Positions 59,159 to 64,000 of a DNA stretch of 64,000 nucleotides are shown here, in pieces (position 1 is the stretch's first letter; each line of letters starts with the position of its first letter). Origin of the DNA: Chthoniobacteraceae bacterium. GTDB lineage: Bacteria > Verrucomicrobiota > Verrucomicrobiia > Chthoniobacterales > Chthoniobacteraceae. The position numbers were made by a program, and so were the translations under genes. The stretch covers positions 64,001 through 128,000 of the forward strand of contig JBBCKI010000029.1 in assembly GCA_037190965.1 (NCBI GenBank), in the 5' to 3' direction. The notes under the pieces are model-generated. The model worked only from the letters and a program-made list of their open reading frames with translations. It was not told where the DNA came from and made no database searches.

Positions 59159-59916
59159 GAAAGATGGTTTGACCGAAGATAGTCGTGGCTGATCTTGAGG
59201 CTCTCCAAGGGATCGCCCGGGCAGGTATCCTGCTCCACGACAAACCATCTGCACCCCGATGCGGCGGCAGCGGGGATGATCTGGTTCCAATCCAGATTTC
59301 CCTTGCCGACCTCCATCATCGTCGGCGTCCCGGCGATATTGCCGTAATCCTTCATATGAAGAATCGGGAGACGGTCCTTGAGGCGGGCGCACCATTGGGC
59401 AGGGGTGCCTCCTCCGTGTTGCACCCAGTAAGTATCCAGCTCCAGGCTCAGGCTGGCGGGATCGGTGGAATCCAGAATGTGCTCCAGCACCGTTGTCTTT
59501 CCAAAGCGGACAAACTCCAGCGAATGATGATGATAGCAAAGTGTCTTTCCCGCAGCTCGAAAAACCTCACTGGCCGCAACCAGCTTTTGTACCAGTCGGC
59601 GAACATCGTCCGCGTTGCACAGATCGAATCCTGCCGGATAGGAATAGACAGCAAGGTCGCAGCCGATGACGTTCAGCTTTTCCACCACGCCCTCCGGGGC
59701 GTCCAGAACGGCCCCGTCATGAATTGAGCAAATGGTTAGCCCCTCGTCCGTCGTCATCTTTAGGAGTTCATGCGGGGGAATCGGGCAGATTCCTGCGACC
59801 TCCACTGCGCAATAGCCGATCGTACGGATTTTCTCGAGGGTTGCCCTCGTCGCCGCCGGCGTCTTGCACAGGCTTCGGACCGTATAGAGCTGCGTGGCAA
59901 GTTGATGGTCTTTCAT
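59155..59916 (-). CDS. Sugar phosphate isomerase/epimerase
   Basis: QLYTVR, YHHH..EF, ELDTYW, LHMKD, EVG.G.LDW, VEQD. Confidence 0.9.
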   Translation of the reverse strand: MKDHQLATQLYTVRSLCKTPAATRATLEKIRTIGYCAVEVAGICPIPPHELLKMTTDEGLTICSIHDGAVLDAPEGVVEKLNVIGCDLAVYSYPAGFDLCNADDVRRLVQKLVAASEVFRAAGKTLCYHHHSLEFVRFGKTTVLEHILDSTDPASLSLELDTYWVQHGGGTPAQWCARLKDRLPILHMKDYGNIAGTPTMMEVGKGNLDWNQIIPAAAASGCRWFVVEQDTCPGDPLESLKISHDYLRSNHLS

Positions 59917-60689
59917 TGCTTCTGGGGTTCAAGAATTGAAAAAGCTTCGTTCAGGGCGGTGGTCGCATCCCCGGTCGGCGAAAACTCATGCCCGACAAAT
60001 TCGGAGAAGCCGGTTTCCCGAATCGCGGCACCGATCGCCGCATAGTTGAGTTCCTGCCCTTTGCCGATTTCATGACGCCCCGGATTCCCCGCGGTATGGA
60101 AATGCCCGATCCATTCGATGTTCTCCCGGATCGTCCGGATCACGTCACCTTCCATGATCTGCATATGATAAATATCGTAAAGCAAGCGAAGGCGCGGGCT
60201 TCCAACCCTCCGGCAAACTTCCACTCCCCATGCCGTATGGTCAGCCAGGTAACCGGGGTGGTCCACCTTGCTGTTGAGCAATTCCATGAGCAGCGTGACC
60301 TTCTTTTCTTCAGCGTAATCGGCGACCCGGCGGAAGCCTTCGACGACAGTCTCAAGCGCCTCCTCGTCGCTTTGCCCTTCCTGCCGGTTTCCGCTAAAGC
60401 AAATGATCCCGGGAACTCCATTTTTCGCCGCGACGTCAATCGATTCCCTGATCTCACGTTCCGCATCGGAATGACACTCTCTTTGGTTCAGCGGGGCACG
60501 GTGCCCCACCATCGTGCAGAGCGTCAGCCGGTGCTCTGCCGCCAACGAGACCAATGCCTCGAACTGCGCGTCGCGTCCCCAGATCTCAATCCCCCGGAAT
60601 CCCGCTTTTTCAACGGTCTTGAGGAGCTTTTGACGGTCCGGGAAGGCGGACTTGAACATGGGAAGCGATACAGATTGAAGAAAGGACAT
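59913..60689 (-). CDS. Hydroxypyruvate isomerase-family TIM barrel
   Basis: ELLNSKVDHPGY, LLYDIYHMQIMEG, HFHTAGNPGRHE, ELNY, GHEF. Confidence 0.9.
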   Translation of the reverse strand: MSFLQSVSLPMFKSAFPDRQKLLKTVEKAGFRGIEIWGRDAQFEALVSLAAEHRLTLCTMVGHRAPLNQRECHSDAEREIRESIDVAAKNGVPGIICFSGNRQEGQSDEEALETVVEGFRRVADYAEEKKVTLLMELLNSKVDHPGYLADHTAWGVEVCRRVGSPRLRLLYDIYHMQIMEGDVIRTIRENIEWIGHFHTAGNPGRHEIGKGQELNYAAIGAAIRETGFSEFVGHEFSPTGDATTALNEAFSILEPQKQ

Positions 60690-60710
60690 GGGTATCGATT
60701 GGGTAAAGTG

Positions 60711-61487
60711 TTAGAGTACGAAATCAAGGCAGTCTCCCCAGCAGACAAGGTTCGGTGGGGCATCGTGGTCGCCGCCTTCCATTTCAAGATAGAGCACAGG
60801 GGCGTTTCGTTCCCGCAGTGCTTCGATCAGTTTGCGACTGTGCTCCACGGGGATTACCGCATCCGCCGTTCCGTGCACTAATACAAGCGGCAAAGTGGCC
60901 AGTTCCGCCACGTGAAGGCGGGCGGAGCGCTCCCGGTAACAGGTTGGCCTTTCCGCAGGCCCCCCGCCGTAGGATTGAAGGAATTGCTCGGGGAATGAAT
61001 CGAACATCTCCGCCACCTCCGTTGCCGGGCAGAGGGCGATCACGCCGTCCACCAGCCGAGGGTGGCGCGCGGCGAAGATCAGCGCTGAAGTTCCGCCCAT
61101 GCTTCCGCCGATCAGGAGCACCTTTCCGGGTTCCGAGTCCTTTTGGCAAAGAGCGATAATCTGCAGCAGGTCCTCTTCGGCGGCAGGCCCCATCCAGGAA
61201 CCTCCGCGATATTCCGGACAGACATAGATCGCAGATCGTCGCTGTAACGCCCGCGCCAGACGGCCAAAGGCGTCTTCGTAGATGCCTGCCGTCATTCCCT
61301 GCTCCTGATGCGACGCCGCTCCGTGAAGCCAGATGGCCAGGAGGGGGGCGTCGGCATATCCCGGTGGCCGGAAGTCTTTGATGAGAAAACTCTGCAAGCT
61401 TTCGTCAAAAGACGAGGTAAATGAGACCTGCTCGATCCCGGACGCCACCGGCTGTTCAATCACGTTTGAAGGTTCGCGCTGAGGCAT
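60711..61487 (-). CDS. Alpha/beta hydrolase (S9-like)
   Basis: WLHG, YRG.SW, GGSMGG, VHGTADAVIP, GGDH. Confidence 0.88.
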   Translation of the reverse strand: MPQREPSNVIEQPVASGIEQVSFTSSFDESLQSFLIKDFRPPGYADAPLLAIWLHGAASHQEQGMTAGIYEDAFGRLARALQRRSAIYVCPEYRGGSWMGPAAEEDLLQIIALCQKDSEPGKVLLIGGSMGGTSALIFAARHPRLVDGVIALCPATEVAEMFDSFPEQFLQSYGGGPAERPTCYRERSARLHVAELATLPLVLVHGTADAVIPVEHSRKLIEALRERNAPVLYLEMEGGDHDAPPNLVCWGDCLDFVL

Positions 61488-61490
61488 CGT

Positions 61491-63122
61491 TTAGAAGATT
61501 GAGCGAAGGTCCCTCGTTTTCAGCAACGGCGAGATGATCTCCATCATCGAATCATGCAGAATGCTTCGGAACGCTTCCGGCCCCAGTGGCACCGAGAGGA
61601 GGCGCGCCAGCTCCCAGGCGTGACCATGGAGAACGCCATCCGTTCCAAATAGAAGCTTGCGGTCCCCAATCTCCGCAACGGTATCCTCCCATGGCTTCCG
61701 GGAGAAAAAGCTGCCGCACCATTCCAGGAAGACATGAGGATGCTTCTTCGCGACCGCCTCCGCTTCCTTCCGCCCGTCATCGCTACCCCCACAGTGAGCA
61801 AGGATAAACCTTACATTGGGATAACGCTCCGCGAGCGGACTGATCATCGCGGGGGAGTTATAGGGTCCCGACCAGGTGTGAATCAGGACCGGCAGATTGT
61901 GGCGATCCGCGACTTCCCACATCGGATCAAACTCGGGGCTATTGACCGGGACTTCCCAATAGTCACAAAGAAGCTTGAAGCCGATGAAGACCTGCGAGCG
62001 CGGCAACCGCTCCAGATAAGGAGCAAGCCCCGACGCGTAACGCGGATTGTAAACAAAATAGGCAAGCAGCCGCGGATCATCAGCCTCAAGCACCTGCCTT
62101 TCCGCAATCGCGTTCCCCTCCACGGGGTCCCCGAAGAGAGCGCGCGTGTGCGAGAAGATGAAGTGGCGTAGATTCTGGCACTCCAGTTCGGCCCGCTTCC
62201 GGGGAATCTGGACCGCTTCATTCCCATCGCGAACCGGCCATGTCGCAACCGGCCCGAAATGCCCGTGGCAATCAATGATCGGGAAGCTGGGCGCTCCCGT
62301 CTCCAGGAAAAACTTCCACTCCCCCTGCTCAATCTCCGGTGCGGTATTGGCATCAAATTCCGGAAGCCCCAGAAGCCCCGTGATGTTGCCGAACAGGATC
62401 GCCTCTTTTTCCTCCGGCGAGATCCTTGCCCGCAGGACGGAGCCGAGCGAGGCCCCACCGAGAGCCCGGTAGCCTAGTGAAAGGATAACCCGGCTCGCTC
62501 CATAACGGGAGACAAACAGTTCGATGTGATCGTTTGTATGCCCGAGAGCGGTGTCCGTCAGAATATTTTCCGCCTCCTCCATCGCGGCATGGACGAAACT
62601 ATCCATGGCCCAATGGTGCTCCGTGAGAACGATGCAGATCTGCGGGTGTCTCCGGGCGATCTCGACAAGCGATCCCAGGGTGGGCGCTTCTTTCGTGCTG
62701 ATTGAAACGACAATCGGTCGGTCGATGATCTGTTCAACGAGAAACCGGATGCCGAGACGGAGGAAGTCCTCGCGCCCGTTGACGCAGAGCTTAAAGATGC
62801 AGGGCGGGCTATTCCGGATGATTGCCGCCAGGGTCGCTTCCGCCCCGTTGGAAAAGAGCCCGTTGGGATGAATTGTGAAGGCAGGGAAGAAACGCCCGCT
62901 CGCCGCCTCCGATCGGCAAAACGCCGCGATCTCCTCCGCGCTTTCGAGCAACGAGAGCGTCTCCGCCGTCAGGGAGCTGATAAAGCCCCTCCGGATGCCG
63001 AGGCGGCGTCTTCCTTCCACCGCCTCAGGCGGTGTCCTGAACTCAAACTGATTATCGCGAGCTTGCCCATAGATTATCCCGCAATCAATGGCTCGCGCTA
63101 CCCAGTGAAGATTCGTTTCCAT
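61491..63122 (-). CDS. Amidohydrolase with two tandem TIM-barrel domains
   Basis: C-terminal half has IIDCHGHFG, PVLIH, ILAHCG, LLFGTD; N-terminal half is a degenerate copy. Confidence 0.82.
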   Translation of the reverse strand: METNLHWVARAIDCGIIYGQARDNQFEFRTPPEAVEGRRRLGIRRGFISSLTAETLSLLESAEEIAAFCRSEAASGRFFPAFTIHPNGLFSNGAEATLAAIIRNSPPCIFKLCVNGREDFLRLGIRFLVEQIIDRPIVVSISTKEAPTLGSLVEIARRHPQICIVLTEHHWAMDSFVHAAMEEAENILTDTALGHTNDHIELFVSRYGASRVILSLGYRALGGASLGSVLRARISPEEKEAILFGNITGLLGLPEFDANTAPEIEQGEWKFFLETGAPSFPIIDCHGHFGPVATWPVRDGNEAVQIPRKRAELECQNLRHFIFSHTRALFGDPVEGNAIAERQVLEADDPRLLAYFVYNPRYASGLAPYLERLPRSQVFIGFKLLCDYWEVPVNSPEFDPMWEVADRHNLPVLIHTWSGPYNSPAMISPLAERYPNVRFILAHCGGSDDGRKEAEAVAKKHPHVFLEWCGSFFSRKPWEDTVAEIGDRKLLFGTDGVLHGHAWELARLLSVPLGPEAFRSILHDSMMEIISPLLKTRDLRSIF

Positions 63123-63154
63123 CGGCGAAGAGAGCTGATTATCCTTCTACGGTC

Positions 63155-64000
63155 TTACCATGCCCTCGCGACCTTGCAAATCGCATGGCAGACCTGGTTT
63201 ACATATTCATCCGTCATCACTTGGGTGATCGGCATCATCACCGCTCGTTCGAGCCACGCCGTCGTATTCGGGCACATCTCCCGGGTATATTCAACCGCGC
63301 AGGAGCGATCCTCCGATTTCCATGGGAAGCCATTGAGGTGGGGTGTCCGTTTTTCCATAATATAATCCCAGTGGTAGAAAACATGCCGGTCGGGGATCTG
63401 TTTGGAGAACATCGTCCCGAATGGAACTCCTTCGGCCTGGAGCGTTGCAGCGATTTCGTTTGCCCTTTCCGCATTCTCCATGAAGAACAAGATGGAGATC
63501 CCGCAATCGCCCTCGCGGTCGTTCACTGCTTCCATTTGGGCGTTTGGAATCGTCTCGCAGGCAGCCCATAGCTTGCGTTTGATGGCGCGGGTGCGTGTGA
63601 GGATGCGATCCCTTTTCTTGAGCTGCTCCAGGGCGACCGCTCCGTGCAGTTCCGATTGCCGGTAGTTTTCACCCAGGAAGCAGATCTTTCGCCAATCTTG
63701 TTTGGCTTGGTCGTCCCCCGCCTTCCGCTCCATCCAGAATGCATAGGCGGAATCGTGATGGATCGCCGCGCGGTCAAACACCTCCTTGCGATCCGTTACC
63801 AGCACCCCGCCTTCTCCTGCCGTGACGATTTTGTAATGCTGAAAGCTGTATTCCCCCGCATCCCCAAAGGTCCCCAGCGATCGCCCGCGGAATTCCCCGC
63901 CATTGGCCTGCGCGCAATCTTCCAGGATGGCGATGCCCCGGCGCTTTGCGACCTCGACAATCCGCTCCATATTGCAGGGTGTGCCACGCATATGAACCGG
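63155..64000 (-). CDS. DegT/DnrJ PLP aminotransferase (5' end outside window)
   Basis: VHMRG, EDCAQANG, SFQHYKIVTAGEGG. Confidence 0.9.
   Translation of the reverse strand, partial: PVHMRGTPCNMERIVEVAKRRGIAILEDCAQANGGEFRGRSLGTFGDAGEYSFQHYKIVTAGEGGVLVTDRKEVFDRAAIHHDSAYAFWMERKAGDDQAKQDWRKICFLGENYRQSELHGAVALEQLKKRDRILTRTRAIKRKLWAACETIPNAQMEAVNDREGDCGISILFFMENAERANEIAATLQAEGVPFGTMFSKQIPDRHVFYHWDYIMEKRTPHLNGFPWKSEDRSCAVEYTREMCPNTTAWLERAVMMPITQVMTDEYVNQVCHAICKVARAW

Noticed and set aside
1..64000. CRISPR array, rRNA or additional tRNA genes
   Set aside because: No regularly spaced repeats or rRNA-like tracts seen. The GTTCGA hairpin at 8102..8123 lacks a cloverleaf, and 4907..4930 is only a tRNA 3' fragment.

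Overview
GC-rich bacterial chromosomal window, probably PVC superphylum/Verrucomicrobia (inferred from PEP-CTERM, GYF_2 and prepilin/H-X9-DG proteins). The main accessory feature is a visibly AT-richer ~11.7-kb integrative element (4907..16582) inserted in the 3' end of a tRNA-Gln(CTG) gene and bounded by a perfect 24-bp direct repeat. It encodes a tyrosine integrase whose reading frame runs through the att site, so excision would swap its C-terminus. It also encodes an AlpA/Xis-like protein, a stand-alone family-A/T7-like (TV-Pol-like) polymerase, two XRE regulators, a membrane-protein/C39-peptidase module, a resolvase and a wHTH protein. A tightly coupled three-gene operon (PD-(D/E)XK nuclease, Ser/Thr kinase, uncharacterised 388-aa protein) is the best candidate for an undescribed defence system. 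A relic of a second integrase tail lies just outside the left att. The rest of the window holds a halogenase/MMPL/acyltransferase/LolA cluster, argA, a REPIN-like element, creBC, pyk, metR-metE-metF-glyA and a ~23-kb carbohydrate/amino-sugar utilisation-like locus. All calls come from reading motifs by eye; no database searches were run.
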